The notes: a model not told the origin generated them from the letters alone. 64,000 nucleotides of DNA from Candidatus Omnitrophota bacterium (GCA_013286575.1 JABDFL010000001.1:9905-73904), one strand, 5' to 3'. Shown: positions 34,516 through 44,502, counted from the first letter of the stretch. A program made the numbers and translations.

Positions 34516-36222
34516 ATGAGGGTCACAACTTTTGATAAGGAAGTAAAGGATATTTTTAGCGGTAGTTTTTATCTAATCCCTAGGTTTCAAAGACCATATT
34601 CTTGGGATAGGGAAAATATTGAGGAATTTTGGTGCGATACAATTGCTGAAAGTGAAGGAGATTATTTTATTGGTTCAATCGTCGTTTTTAAAGATTCAAA
34701 AACAGATACATATGGCATTGTCGATGGACAGCAACGCCTAACGACAATAACTATGATTCTATGTGCATTGCGTAATGCTTTTAATGATCAGAATATGCAA
34801 TCTTTAGGGGATGGATTACATAATTTTGTAGAACGTCCTGATATAAATAATAAAAAAAGGTATGTTTTGAAACCAGAAACATCCTACCCATATTTTCAAG
34901 AATATATTCAAAAGAAAACAAAGCCCGACATTGTTCTTACTCCAGGAGTAGAAGAAGAGCTTCTTGAGAAAGCTTTTATGGCTATTTCTAGAAATATTCA
35001 ATCTACTGTCACATCAATTGTAAGTAACCGTTCTTTAAGCGAGAAAAATAAAAAAATTGAAATTGAGAAGAGTTTAATTGGCATTAGAGATAAAATCCTC
35101 AAGCTAAAGTTGATCTTTATCGAGTTGGACAGTGAAGATGATGCGTATATTATTTTTGAAACACTCAACACTCGAGGGAAAGATCTAAAAGTTTCAGATC
35201 TAGTGAAAAATCATATTACTAAACTCTTCAAACCCAAGAATGCGGATGTGGATTTACCAAAAGAACGTTGGAATAAAATAGTGGAATTGATTGACGAATC
35301 TGGGGCACAGCTAGAAGTTGACAACTTTATTCATTATTACTGGTTGTCACGCTATGAATTTGTTACTTTAAAGAAAATATTTAAACAAATAAGAAGGAAA
35401 ATAGATCAAAAAAATGCTGAAGGTTTTTTGAGATCTCTTGAGGAAGATGTCAAGACGTATCGTGAAATAAACGAAACGGTTTATAGGCCTTGGCAGAAAC
35501 AAGATTTAAGAATAAAAGAGTCATTAGATGCTATCAATTTATTTAAAGTAAAACAAGCTATGCCAATGTTGCTATCTGTAATGAGAGAATACAAAAGCGG
35601 AGGAATTCGACTTCCTAACGCAATTGAAACATTTACAAGTATTGAGAACTTTCATTTTGTGTTTACTGCTGTTACATCTCAAAGATCATCTGGAGGCATT
35701 TCATTTATGTATGCAAAAGCTGCTCGTGATCTTTGCGATGCGCCCAACATGAATGAAAAAATTAAGACCCTTAAAGAGTTACAAAGAAAACTTAAAAAAG
35801 GAAGACCGAGCAAAGATGAATTTGTTGCCAGTTTTCAGAATATTTTATATTCTAAGGAATTGTCGAAACAAAAAAAGCTCGTCCAATATATTTTGGCAAG
35901 AATAGCAGAGAAGCAATTTGGCGTGCCTATAGATTATGAAAAGATGACCATTGAACATCTAGCTTCAGAGAATCCTATAGAAGGCACTACAAAAATTCCA
36001 CCACAGTTCATTGCCCAGGTGGGTAATTTAATACTTGTCAATGACGAAACAAATGGAAAATTAAAGAATAAACTTTTTGATCAAAAAAAGAAAATACTTA
36101 TAGATTCGAAGTTGCCTTTGGATAAATGGATAAGTGGAAGTCGCGAATGGAATGTTAAAGAGATTATAAATCGTACTCGTGGCCTGGCTGAATTCGCTTA
36201 TACCAAAGTTTGGGATCTCTAA
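34516..36222 (+). CDS. GmrSD-like type IV (modification-dependent) restriction endonuclease: N-terminal DUF262 (ParB-like NTPase) plus C-terminal DUF1524 (His-Me finger).
   Basis: 568 aa. DUF262 motifs FQRPYSW and DGQQRLTT. DUF1524 motifs IEHLASENP and GNLILVNDETNGKLKNKLFDQKK. The gene is visibly AT-rich compared with the flanking pur genes. Confidence 0.75.
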   Translation: MRVTTFDKEVKDIFSGSFYLIPRFQRPYSWDRENIEEFWCDTIAESEGDYFIGSIVVFKDSKTDTYGIVDGQQRLTTITMILCALRNAFNDQNMQSLGDGLHNFVERPDINNKKRYVLKPETSYPYFQEYIQKKTKPDIVLTPGVEEELLEKAFMAISRNIQSTVTSIVSNRSLSEKNKKIEIEKSLIGIRDKILKLKLIFIELDSEDDAYIIFETLNTRGKDLKVSDLVKNHITKLFKPKNADVDLPKERWNKIVELIDESGAQLEVDNFIHYYWLSRYEFVTLKKIFKQIRRKIDQKNAEGFLRSLEEDVKTYREINETVYRPWQKQDLRIKESLDAINLFKVKQAMPMLLSVMREYKSGGIRLPNAIETFTSIENFHFVFTAVTSQRSSGGISFMYAKAARDLCDAPNMNEKIKTLKELQRKLKKGRPSKDEFVASFQNILYSKELSKQKKLVQYILARIAEKQFGVPIDYEKMTIEHLASENPIEGTTKIPPQFIAQVGNLILVNDETNGKLKNKLFDQKKKILIDSKLPLDKWISGSREWNVKEIINRTRGLAEFAYTKVWDL

Positions 36223-36352
36223 TGTCTATAATTGAGAATTGGGTTCTCATTGAAATTTGTAAAAATAGAGAAATAGCGTCTCATTAGTTTCGACGGGTGG
36301 ATCGGGATTGCGGTAAGGGGTAAATTCATCACTTACAATAGGTGAAACAATT

Positions 36353-37357
36353 ATGACACAAAAGTTGACATATAAAAAAGCAGGCGTGGATATTGCTAAG
36401 GCCAACCGGTTTGTGGATGCGATTAAGCAGATGTCTTCTATTACGATGAATAAAGGTGTGGTTGATCGGCCGGGGTCGTTTGGGGCTTTGTTTGATTTTG
36501 GTTTTTTGAAATATAAGAATCCTGTATTGGTTTCTTCGACTGATGGTGTCGGCACAAAGTTGTTGGTGGCCAATCTGGCGGGGAAGCACGATACGGTGGG
36601 TATTGATCTGGTGGCGATGAATGTTAACGATGTACTGTGCACCGGTGCCAGGCCTTTGTTCTTTTTGGATTACATAGCCACCGGCAAACTTAACCCCCGG
36701 ATCATGAAGGATGTGATGAAAGGCATTGTGGCCGGATGCAAGATGGCCGGATGCGCCCTGATCGGCGGGGAAACCGCGGAAATGCCTGATATGTACAAGG
36801 GCGAGGACTATGATTTAGCGGGCTTTACAGTCGGGGTGGTGGAGAAAGACGGCATTATTGACGGGTCAGGGATTAGATGCGATGATGTGCTCATCGGCCT
36901 GCCGTCTTCGGGGCTGCATTCCAACGGCTATTCGCTGGCCCGTAAGGCTTTAAGTACAAAGGAACAAAAACTTTACGCGCAAATTTTGCTCAAGCCCACC
37001 TGCATTTATGTTAAGCCGGTCTTGGGCCTGCTTGAGAAATTTAAAATCAAAGGCATGGCGCATATGACAGGCGGCGCCTGGTACGAAAAATTGACCAAGG
37101 TCCTGCCTAAAGGATTGTGCTTTTCTGTCAACAAGGGAAGCTGGCCTGTTCCCCGAATATTTGAATTGATCCGGGACAAAGGACACATTCCGGAACATGA
37201 GATGTACCGCACCTTTAATATGGGCATTGGCTTTTGCCTGGTGGTAGAGCCCAAGGATGTTGTCGGGGTCCATGCTTTTTTACGTTCGCAAAAAATAGAG
37301 TCATTTGTCATCGGTGAGGTGACGCAGGATTCGAAGCATAAGGTGATATTTAGATAA
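36353..37357 (+). CDS. purM: Phosphoribosylformylglycinamidine cyclo-ligase (AIR synthase).
   Basis: 334 aa: STDGVGTKL, DLVAMNVNDV. Confidence 0.9.
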   Translation: MTQKLTYKKAGVDIAKANRFVDAIKQMSSITMNKGVVDRPGSFGALFDFGFLKYKNPVLVSSTDGVGTKLLVANLAGKHDTVGIDLVAMNVNDVLCTGARPLFFLDYIATGKLNPRIMKDVMKGIVAGCKMAGCALIGGETAEMPDMYKGEDYDLAGFTVGVVEKDGIIDGSGIRCDDVLIGLPSSGLHSNGYSLARKALSTKEQKLYAQILLKPTCIYVKPVLGLLEKFKIKGMAHMTGGAWYEKLTKVLPKGLCFSVNKGSWPVPRIFELIRDKGHIPEHEMYRTFNMGIGFCLVVEPKDVVGVHAFLRSQKIESFVIGEVTQDSKHKVIFR

Positions 37358-37408
37358 TGATGTGCGTCTAAACAGGCGTTGGAATGATTTTAGTGGCTAG
37401 GAGCAGTA

Positions 37409-38698
37409 ATGAATATTTTAGTGATAGGCTCCGGCGGGCGGGAACATGCGCTGTGCTGGAAAATCAAACAGTCTCCTCAGGTCAAGCGGCTTTATTGCGC
37501 GCCGGGAAACGGCGGCATTGCCCAAATTGCCGAATGCGTGGATATTAAGGTTGATGATGTCCCATTGCTTTTGCAATTTGCCTTGCGCAAACAAATTGAC
37601 CTGACCATTGTCGGCCCTGAAGCCTCTCTGGTTGCCGGTGTGGTGGATGCCTTTGCAGCCAAAGGGTTAAAAATTTTCGGTCCTTCTAAAGCCGCATCCG
37701 CACTTGAAGGCAGCAAGGTTTTCGCCAAAGAATTTATGCACCGCCGCAATATCCCGACAGCTGTATATAAGGTTTTTGATGATGCGCCCAAAGCTCTGGT
37801 TTTTTTAGAAAAAGCCCAGTTTCCTTTGGTCATTAAGGCCGACGGCATTGCTGCCGGCAAAGGCGTTTATGTTTGCGCGGACCTAAAAGAGGCAAAATTG
37901 GCCATCGATGAGATCATGGTCCAAAAAATATTCGGCGCGGCAGGGGACAGGATAGTCATTGAAGAATGCCTGCAAGGCCCGGAAGTATCGGTCCTGGCTG
38001 TCTGCGACGGCAGGCATTTTCTGGTTTTGCCTACAGCGCAGGACTATAAACGTATTTTTGATGATGATCTGGGCCCCAACACCGGCGGCATGGGAACGTT
38101 TTCTCCGAGCCCTTTGGTCACTGCTGAAGTTTTAGACCAGATCATCACCCGGGTCATTGAACCAACCATCCGCGGCATGTATCAGGAAGGGAACCCTTTT
38201 AAGGGCGTTCTTTTTGCGGGATTGATGTTGACTTCCGACGGCCCCAAAGCCCTGGAATTCAATGTGCGCTTCGGCGACCCTGAAACCCAATGCATCCTGC
38301 CGCGCTTGAATGGTGATATTGTGGACATATTCCAGGCGGCCTGCGATGGAGAGCTTAATGCCATAGAAGTCAAATGGGATGAATATTCCTGCGTATGCGT
38401 TGTGATCGCCTCAGGCGGTTACCCGGGAAAATATCAAAATGGATTTCCCATCAACGGCCTGGATAAGATCAAGGATGAAGAAACGGTTGTTTTTCATGCA
38501 GGCACTAAGAACGACGGCGGGGTCTTGGTCACCAATGGCGGCCGTGTCATGGGGATTGCCGCCCTGGGGGAAGGCCTTGAAGCCGCCCGTACAAAAGCGT
38601 ATAATGGCGTCAGTAAATTATCGTTTGACCACATGTTCTTTCGCCGGGACATCGCCAGCAAGATCCTGAAAGAAAAACCTGCTTATGGGCACAACTAA
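37409..38698 (+). CDS. purD: Phosphoribosylamine--glycine ligase.
   Basis: 429 aa ATP-grasp: MNILVIGSGGREHAL, VIKADGIAAGKGV. Confidence 0.9.
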   Translation: MNILVIGSGGREHALCWKIKQSPQVKRLYCAPGNGGIAQIAECVDIKVDDVPLLLQFALRKQIDLTIVGPEASLVAGVVDAFAAKGLKIFGPSKAASALEGSKVFAKEFMHRRNIPTAVYKVFDDAPKALVFLEKAQFPLVIKADGIAAGKGVYVCADLKEAKLAIDEIMVQKIFGAAGDRIVIEECLQGPEVSVLAVCDGRHFLVLPTAQDYKRIFDDDLGPNTGGMGTFSPSPLVTAEVLDQIITRVIEPTIRGMYQEGNPFKGVLFAGLMLTSDGPKALEFNVRFGDPETQCILPRLNGDIVDIFQAACDGELNAIEVKWDEYSCVCVVIASGGYPGKYQNGFPINGLDKIKDEETVVFHAGTKNDGGVLVTNGGRVMGIAALGEGLEAARTKAYNGVSKLSFDHMFFRRDIASKILKEKPAYGHN

Positions 38699-39752
38699 GG
38701 TCCTCAAAGTCAACTCAGCTTTGCCTGAACCGGAAAAAATCGCCGAGGCGGCCCGCATCGTGCGCCAGGGTGGTTTGGTTGTTTTTCCGACGGAGACCGT
38801 CTATGGCATTGCCGCGGATTCCAATAATCCCAAGGCCATGGACCGCCTGCGCGCGGTCAAGAAACGCACGGACGGCAAGCTTTTTTCCATTTTGGTGGCC
38901 CAGCGGGGGATCATTGAGAATTATTCGACCTACACGCACCCGAATTTATACAAGGTGATCGATAAATATTGGCCCGGGCCTTTGACGGTGATCGTGCCGG
39001 CCCGGCACGAAGGGGAAACGATCGGCATACGCATGCCGGACCATACCGTGGCCCTGCGCCTGGTGGAAGAAAGCGGCTGCACCATTGCCGCCCCGTCGGC
39101 AAATTTGGAGGGCAAAAAGCCCCCGAACAATTGCCATGAGGCCCTGGAAGACCTGGATGGCTTGGTCGATTTGGCTTTGGACGGCGGCCCGGTGGATTTC
39201 GGGATTTCTTCAACGATCCTTGATTTCACCCAGACGCACCCGACGGTCACCCGTGACGGCGTCATCACCCAGCCGGACGTGGACCGCACCATCAACAAGA
39301 AATGTGTCTTGTTTGTGTGTACGGGAAACAGCTGCCGCTCGGTCATGGCGGAGTATTTGCTTAAAGCCAAGCTGATCGCCCGTGAAGATGTGGAAGTCCA
39401 CTCGGCGGGCACATCCGTCTATTTTAAGTCGGCAGCAAGCCAGGAGACCATCGCGGTCCTAAGGGAGCGCGGGATCAATGCCGCGGCGCATATTTCCAGG
39501 CCATTGGGCAGCATCATGCTTAAAAAATCAGACCTGATTTTTGCCATGACCCGCGCGCACCGCGCCCAGATCCTGGAGCGTGTTCCGTCGGTGGAAAAAA
39601 GGGTCTATCTCTTAAAGGAATTCGGCAATACCCAGCGGGGCTACGAGGCGGATTTGGATGTGCCAGACCCCATCGGCCAGCCGCATGCGGCCTACCAGGA
39701 ATGCCTGTTGACGATTGATGAAGCCATTGAAAAGATTGAAAGATTGCTTTGA
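38685..39752 (+). CDS. Fusion protein: YrdC/TsaC L-threonylcarbamoyladenylate synthase domain plus a low-molecular-weight protein phosphatase (LMW-PTP / YwlE-like) domain.
   Basis: N-terminal part: VVFPTETVYGIAAD...SANLEG (YrdC fold). C-terminal part: VLFVCTGNSCRSVMAEY (CX5R P-loop) ... DPIG. The neighbourhood mirrors B. subtilis ywlC-ywlE-ywlF(rpiB)-glyA. Confidence 0.75.
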   Translation: MGTTKVLKVNSALPEPEKIAEAARIVRQGGLVVFPTETVYGIAADSNNPKAMDRLRAVKKRTDGKLFSILVAQRGIIENYSTYTHPNLYKVIDKYWPGPLTVIVPARHEGETIGIRMPDHTVALRLVEESGCTIAAPSANLEGKKPPNNCHEALEDLDGLVDLALDGGPVDFGISSTILDFTQTHPTVTRDGVITQPDVDRTINKKCVLFVCTGNSCRSVMAEYLLKAKLIAREDVEVHSAGTSVYFKSAASQETIAVLRERGINAAAHISRPLGSIMLKKSDLIFAMTRAHRAQILERVPSVEKRVYLLKEFGNTQRGYEADLDVPDPIGQPHAAYQECLLTIDEAIEKIERLL

Positions 39753-40228
39753 TGAAAATATTTATCGGTTCAGACCACCGCGGTTTTCAATTAAAGAAAA
39801 AAGTGCATGATGCGCTAAAGGGCCTGGGGCATGAGGTCAAGGACATGGGCACGCATACGGAAAGCACTTCCTGTGATTATCCCGAGATAGCTTTACAGGT
39901 GGCCCGGGAAGTGGTGCGCCATCCCGGCAGCCGCGGGATCCTTTTGTGCATGACCGGCATCGGGCATTCCATCGCCGCGAACAAGGTGCCGGGCGTGTAC
40001 GCGGCCCTTGTTTATAATAAGGAAGCCGCGGCGCTTTCCCGTCAGCACAATGACAGCAATGTTTTGGTCTTGGGGTCCAAATTTGTGGATGAAACCGGGA
40101 TGTTGGAGATCATTAAGATCTGGCTATCAACTGAATTCGAAGGCGGAAGGCATTTGCGCCGCAAAGAACAAATTCAAAATATAGAAAAGGAATTTTCAAA
40201 AAAAGGCCCAATTGCTTCGGAATCGTAA
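39749..40228 (+). CDS. rpiB: Ribose-5-phosphate isomerase B.
   Basis: 159 aa: MKIFIGSDHRGF, CMTGIGHSIAANK. Confidence 0.85.
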   Translation: MMKIFIGSDHRGFQLKKKVHDALKGLGHEVKDMGTHTESTSCDYPEIALQVAREVVRHPGSRGILLCMTGIGHSIAANKVPGVYAALVYNKEAAALSRQHNDSNVLVLGSKFVDETGMLEIIKIWLSTEFEGGRHLRRKEQIQNIEKEFSKKGPIASES

Positions 40229-40240
40229 AGTGGAGATAAT

Positions 40241-41482
40241 ATGAAAGCTTATTTGCAGACAGTTGATCCTCAAATTTATCAGTCCATCCAGCATGAGCTT
40301 AAGCGTCAGAAAAACAATCTTGAATTGATTGCCTCAGAGAACATTGTTTCCCCTGCGGTCCTGGAAGCGGCCGGCAGTGTGCTGACCAATAAGTACGCCG
40401 AAGGTTATCCGGCGGCCCGCTGGTATAATGGCTGTGAATTTGTCGACGAGGTTGAAAGCCTGGCTATTGCCCGCGCCAAAGAGCTTTTCGGCGGGGACCA
40501 TGTCAATGTGCAGGCCCATTCCGGTTCACAGGCGAACACGGCCGTGTACCTTTCTGTGTTGACGCCGGGGGATGTGGTCATGGGTCTGGATTTGGCCTGC
40601 GGCGGGCATTTGACCCACGGCCTGAAGATCAATATTTCCGGACGCCTGTATCGTTTTGTTTCATATAAGGTCGACCCAAAAACAGAGCTTATCGATATGA
40701 ACGAGGTCGAGCGCCTAGCTTTGGAACATAAGCCCAAAATGATCGTGGCCGGTTATTCGGCGTATTCACGGTTTTTGGATTTCAAGCGTTTCCGTGAGAT
40801 CGCGGACAAGGTAGGCGCCTATTTATTTGTGGACATGGCCCATTTCGCAGGATTAGTCGCGGCAGAGTTGTATCCCAATCCCGTGCCGCATGCCCATTTT
40901 GTGACCACGACGACACATAAGACCCTGCGCGGTCCCCGTGGAGGGATGATCATATGCAAGGCGGAGTTTGCCAAGAAAATTGACAGTGCTATTTTTCCCG
41001 GCATCCAGGGCGGCCCTTTGATGCACATTATCGCGGCCAAGGCCGTGGCGTTTAAAGAAGCCTTGACCCCGCAGTTTAAACAATATCAAGCCCAAGTGAT
41101 CGCCAATTCTAAAACCCTGGCTAACGCCTTGGCCTCAAAAGGTTTTCGCATTGTGGCCGGAGGGACTGATAATCATTTGTTTATGGTGGATTTACGGCCT
41201 AAAAAGATCACCGGCAAAGACGCAGCCGCCGTACTCGACCGCGTGCAGATAACCGTCAATAAGAATCTGGTCCCCTTTGATACAGAATCTCCGGTGGTCA
41301 CCAGCGGCATCCGTATCGGAACACCGGCCGTCACCACCCGCGGCATGAAGGAAGCCCAGATGCTTAAAATCGCTGATCTGATCGACCGCTGTGTCATTAA
41401 CCGTGACATAGGAACAGAATTAGAAAAAGTCCGTCAAGAAGTAGAGCATTTAGCTCACGAATTCCCGATCTATACGGATTAA
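40241..41482 (+). CDS. glyA: Serine hydroxymethyltransferase.
   Basis: 413 aa: [24 protein letters not shown] (PLP Lys). Confidence 0.9.
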   Translation: MKAYLQTVDPQIYQSIQHELKRQKNNLELIASENIVSPAVLEAAGSVLTNKYAEGYPAARWYNGCEFVDEVESLAIARAKELFGGDHVNVQAHSGSQANTAVYLSVLTPGDVVMGLDLACGGHLTHGLKINISGRLYRFVSYKVDPKTELIDMNEVERLALEHKPKMIVAGYSAYSRFLDFKRFREIADKVGAYLFVDMAHFAGLVAAELYPNPVPHAHFVTTTTHKTLRGPRGGMIICKAEFAKKIDSAIFPGIQGGPLMHIIAAKAVAFKEALTPQFKQYQAQVIANSKTLANALASKGFRIVAGGTDNHLFMVDLRPKKITGKDAAAVLDRVQITVNKNLVPFDTESPVVTSGIRIGTPAVTTRGMKEAQMLKIADLIDRCVINRDIGTELEKVRQEVEHLAHEFPIYTD

Positions 41483-41485
41483 AAT

Positions 41486-41980
41486 ATGCGTTGCCCGTCC
41501 TGCGGCTATAAAGGTACCAATGTGATGGATTCGCGCCTCAACAGCGACGGGACATCCATCCGCCGCCGGCGCCAGTGCTCCAAGTGTGAAGAGCGCTTCA
41601 CCACCTACGAGCATATTGAAGAAGTGCCCTTGATGGTCGTCAAGCGCGACGGCCGCCGCCAGCCTTTTGACCGCACGCGCGTGCTCAATGGCCTGATCAA
41701 GGCCTGCGAGAAGCGGCCCATCAGCGTTGAGCAGATTGAAAGCATGGTGGATGATATTGAACATACCATCCGCAAGAAATACGACCGGGAAATTTATTCC
41801 AAAGACATCGGGGAGATGATCATGACCCGTTTGTCCGTTTTAGACGAAGTGGCGTATGTGCGTTTTGCCTCTGTCTACCGCCAGTTCCGCGACGTTAACC
41901 AGTTCATGAGTGAATTACAGACGATCCTGACAAAAAATAAGATCAAAAAGCTTAAAAAGCAGAAAGTTAAAATCAGATGA
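41486..41980 (+). CDS. nrdR: Transcriptional repressor NrdR (zinc ribbon plus ATP-cone).
   Basis: 164 aa: MRCPSCGYKGTNVMDSR...CSKCEERFTTYE. Confidence 0.85.
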   Translation: MRCPSCGYKGTNVMDSRLNSDGTSIRRRRQCSKCEERFTTYEHIEEVPLMVVKRDGRRQPFDRTRVLNGLIKACEKRPISVEQIESMVDDIEHTIRKKYDREIYSKDIGEMIMTRLSVLDEVAYVRFASVYRQFRDVNQFMSELQTILTKNKIKKLKKQKVKIR

Positions 41981-42381
41981 TCCAAGTCGAATTATCCAGA
42001 ATTATCATTGATGAAAAGCGCCAGGACCAGGTGATCGTGCTTAAGGAAAAAGACGGTGAGCGCCAGATCCCCATCGTCATCGGTTTTATGGAAGCCTCCA
42101 GCATCAAGATCAAGATCTCCGGCGTCGACGTTCCGCGTCCCATGACCCATGACCTTTTGGTCGCGGTGATGCAGGTCTTGGGGGCGGGCCTTGAGCGGGT
42201 GATTATTGATAAGCTCGTCAACAACACCTTCCATGCCAAATTGGAAATTAAATCCAAAGACGGCCAGATCAAAACGATCGATTCCCGTCCTTCGGACAGC
42301 ATCGCCCTGGCCGTGCGTTTCAAGGCGCCGATTTTCGTTGCCGATGAAGTCCTGCAAAAATCATCATTGCCCCAATCATGA
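41977..42381 (+). CDS. Bifunctional nuclease family protein (DUF151).
   Basis: 134 aa: PIVIGFMEASSIKI...RPMTHDLL...IDSRPSDSIALAVRFKAPIFV. Confidence 0.7.
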   Translation: MIQVELSRIIIDEKRQDQVIVLKEKDGERQIPIVIGFMEASSIKIKISGVDVPRPMTHDLLVAVMQVLGAGLERVIIDKLVNNTFHAKLEIKSKDGQIKTIDSRPSDSIALAVRFKAPIFVADEVLQKSSLPQS

Positions 42382-43805
42382 TACCGTTGTTTATTTATTA
42401 TCCTCAACTCTCCCTGGTCCGCGACGCGCTTAAGGGCAGCAAGCGCCGTGTGTTCCTGGTCGGAGGCGCCTTGCGCGATTATTATTTAAACCGCCGCGGG
42501 ACTGATTTTGATTTCGCTGTTGACCAGGGGGCCGTTGCCTTGTCCCGCCGATTAGCCCATCAGCTTAAAGCTGCTTTTGTCCTGCTTGACCGCGAGCATG
42601 GCAGTGCCCGTGTCGTCAAAAAGATAGATGGGGTGGTCTGTACTTTTGATTTCACCGATTGGCGGGGCAGGAGCATTCAAAAAGATTTAAATTTGCGCGA
42701 TTTTACCATTAACGCGTTGGCCGTGGATATTTTTGATAAAGACGCTGGCATCCTGGAGGTCAAAGGGTCCCGGCGGGACCTAAAAGCAGGTGTGGTGCGC
42801 ATGGTTTCCCCCCAGGTCTTTAGAGACGATCCTTTAAGGCTTTTACGCGCCTTTACCCTGCAGGCCACCCTTGGTTTTAAGATGGATGCCGGGACAGGCG
42901 TGCAAATCAAAAAAGACGCGCATTTAATTTCCCTGTCAGCTGCGGAAAGGATACGCGAAGAGATTTTTAAGGTATTGGCTTCACCCCGTGCGGCCGCAAC
43001 ATTATCCGCTATGGATAAGATCGGGCTTTTGCCTCAGGTTATCCCGCAGATCACTGTCATGTACGGTGTCCATCAGGGCGGTTATCATCATTTGGATGTT
43101 TGGCGGCATACGCTTGAAGTGCTTGCAAAGGTTGAAAAATTCATCGAAGAGCCGGGCGCTGATGAGCGCATGAAGGCGTATTGGCACCAGCCTATCGGCG
43201 GAGGGCACACGCGCTATGCGCTTTTGAAAATGGCCGCGCTTTTGCATGACGTAGGAAAACCGGAAACCCGGAAGCTTGAGGCGAAGCGCATGACTTTTCA
43301 CGGCCATGAGCATGCGGGCGAAAGGATAACCCGTCAGGTCGCCAAGCATTTGAAATTATCCGTTAAGGAACGTTTTTTTCTGGAAGATGCGGTAAGGATG
43401 CACCTGAGGCCGGGCTATCTGTCAAATTTCAAACGCCCCAGTGAAAAAGCGATATTCCGGTATCTGCGCGACACGAAAGATGAAGCCGTCAGTTTGGCAG
43501 TTCTGGGTCTGGCAGACCAGGCCGCGACATGCGGCCCCTTGACCACCAAAGCCAAGCATAGGCATCATGCTAAAATCTGCCACATGCTCATCGAACGTTA
43601 TTTTGAACTCAAAGACCGGAAGCCCCGGCAACGCCTGCTCACAGGCCATGATTTGATCAAGGTCCTGAAATTAAAACCTTCAGAGCTGTTTGGAAAAATC
43701 CTCTCCGGCATCGAAGAAGCCGCAGCTTTGGGTAAAATAAAAACAAAAGCCGAGGCACTGAATTTGGCTCGACAAATGAATGTGTCATTGCGAGGAACGA
43801 AGTGA
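42378..43805 (+). CDS. cca: tRNA nucleotidyltransferase (CCA-adding enzyme / poly(A) polymerase family) with an HD domain.
   Basis: 475 aa: FLVGGALRDYYLNRRGTDFDFAV. HD motif HDVGK. Its last 8 codons and stop lie inside a family-A repeat. Confidence 0.8.
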   Translation: MIPLFIYYPQLSLVRDALKGSKRRVFLVGGALRDYYLNRRGTDFDFAVDQGAVALSRRLAHQLKAAFVLLDREHGSARVVKKIDGVVCTFDFTDWRGRSIQKDLNLRDFTINALAVDIFDKDAGILEVKGSRRDLKAGVVRMVSPQVFRDDPLRLLRAFTLQATLGFKMDAGTGVQIKKDAHLISLSAAERIREEIFKVLASPRAAATLSAMDKIGLLPQVIPQITVMYGVHQGGYHHLDVWRHTLEVLAKVEKFIEEPGADERMKAYWHQPIGGGHTRYALLKMAALLHDVGKPETRKLEAKRMTFHGHEHAGERITRQVAKHLKLSVKERFFLEDAVRMHLRPGYLSNFKRPSEKAIFRYLRDTKDEAVSLAVLGLADQAATCGPLTTKAKHRHHAKICHMLIERYFELKDRKPRQRLLTGHDLIKVLKLKPSELFGKILSGIEEAAALGKIKTKAEALNLARQMNVSLRGTK

Positions 43806-43821
43806 CGAAGCAATCTTTTTA
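43783..43821. repeat. Hairpin repeat family A, copy 3, spanning the cca stop and the ygfZ-like start.
   Basis: GTGTCATTGCGAGGAACGAAGTGACGAAGCAATCTTTTT supplies the cca C-terminus ...SLRGTK* and the GTG start plus MTKQSF of the next gene. Confidence 0.7.
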
Positions 43822-44443
43822 CAGGCTCCCCGACACCGTTTTTAGCATTAAAGGCAATGCTTCTCAATTCTTAAATGGGATCACTTCCAATACATTGGAC
43901 GCATTGCTCAATGCCTTTTTAAACCAGCATGGCCGCATCATCGCCACCTTTCGCCAGCAAAAAATCAGCGACGATGAATTCCTGATCAGTGTGCCTGTCA
44001 TCGCCGTGGATAATCTATTAAAACACCTGGATCGTTATGCCCGGCTGAGCCACACCCGGATAGAGCAGTCCACTCAGGGTTCTTATATGGATTTGGACAC
44101 CGCCAAAACCGTATGGTCATCACAGCCCCAGACTAACAGTATCAGCGATGAGGAGTTTACACTTTTTCGTCTTGACCATAATATCCCGTTGATGGGTGTT
44201 GATTATCAGGCCGATGAATTTATACTCAACGTGCATGAGTTTGATTATGTTTCTTATACCAAAGGCTGTTTTTTAGGCCAGGAGCCTGTGGCCAAGGTGC
44301 ATAACCGCGCCCAACCCGTTCGCCGTCTGATCACCCAATTTGCCGATCAATGCTCCCCGGAAGATGCCGCCAAAATGACTTCCAAGATCCAGGACCCCGC
44401 AACCGGCCGTCTAAAAGGCTTTGTATTTGTAAGCAATAAATGA
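43802..44443 (+). CDS. Folate-binding YgfZ/GcvT-like protein.
   Basis: 213 aa. KGCFLGQE matches the YgfZ K-G-C-(Y/F)-x-G-Q-E signature. The GTG start is provided by the repeat. Confidence 0.65.
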   Translation: MTKQSFYRLPDTVFSIKGNASQFLNGITSNTLDALLNAFLNQHGRIIATFRQQKISDDEFLISVPVIAVDNLLKHLDRYARLSHTRIEQSTQGSYMDLDTAKTVWSSQPQTNSISDEEFTLFRLDHNIPLMGVDYQADEFILNVHEFDYVSYTKGCFLGQEPVAKVHNRAQPVRRLITQFADQCSPEDAAKMTSKIQDPATGRLKGFVFVSNK

Positions 44444-44502
44444 CCGTAAAATTTATTTCCTCACCCTTGCCCCCTATGGGATAACCAGGTATAATTTAAA
44501 AT

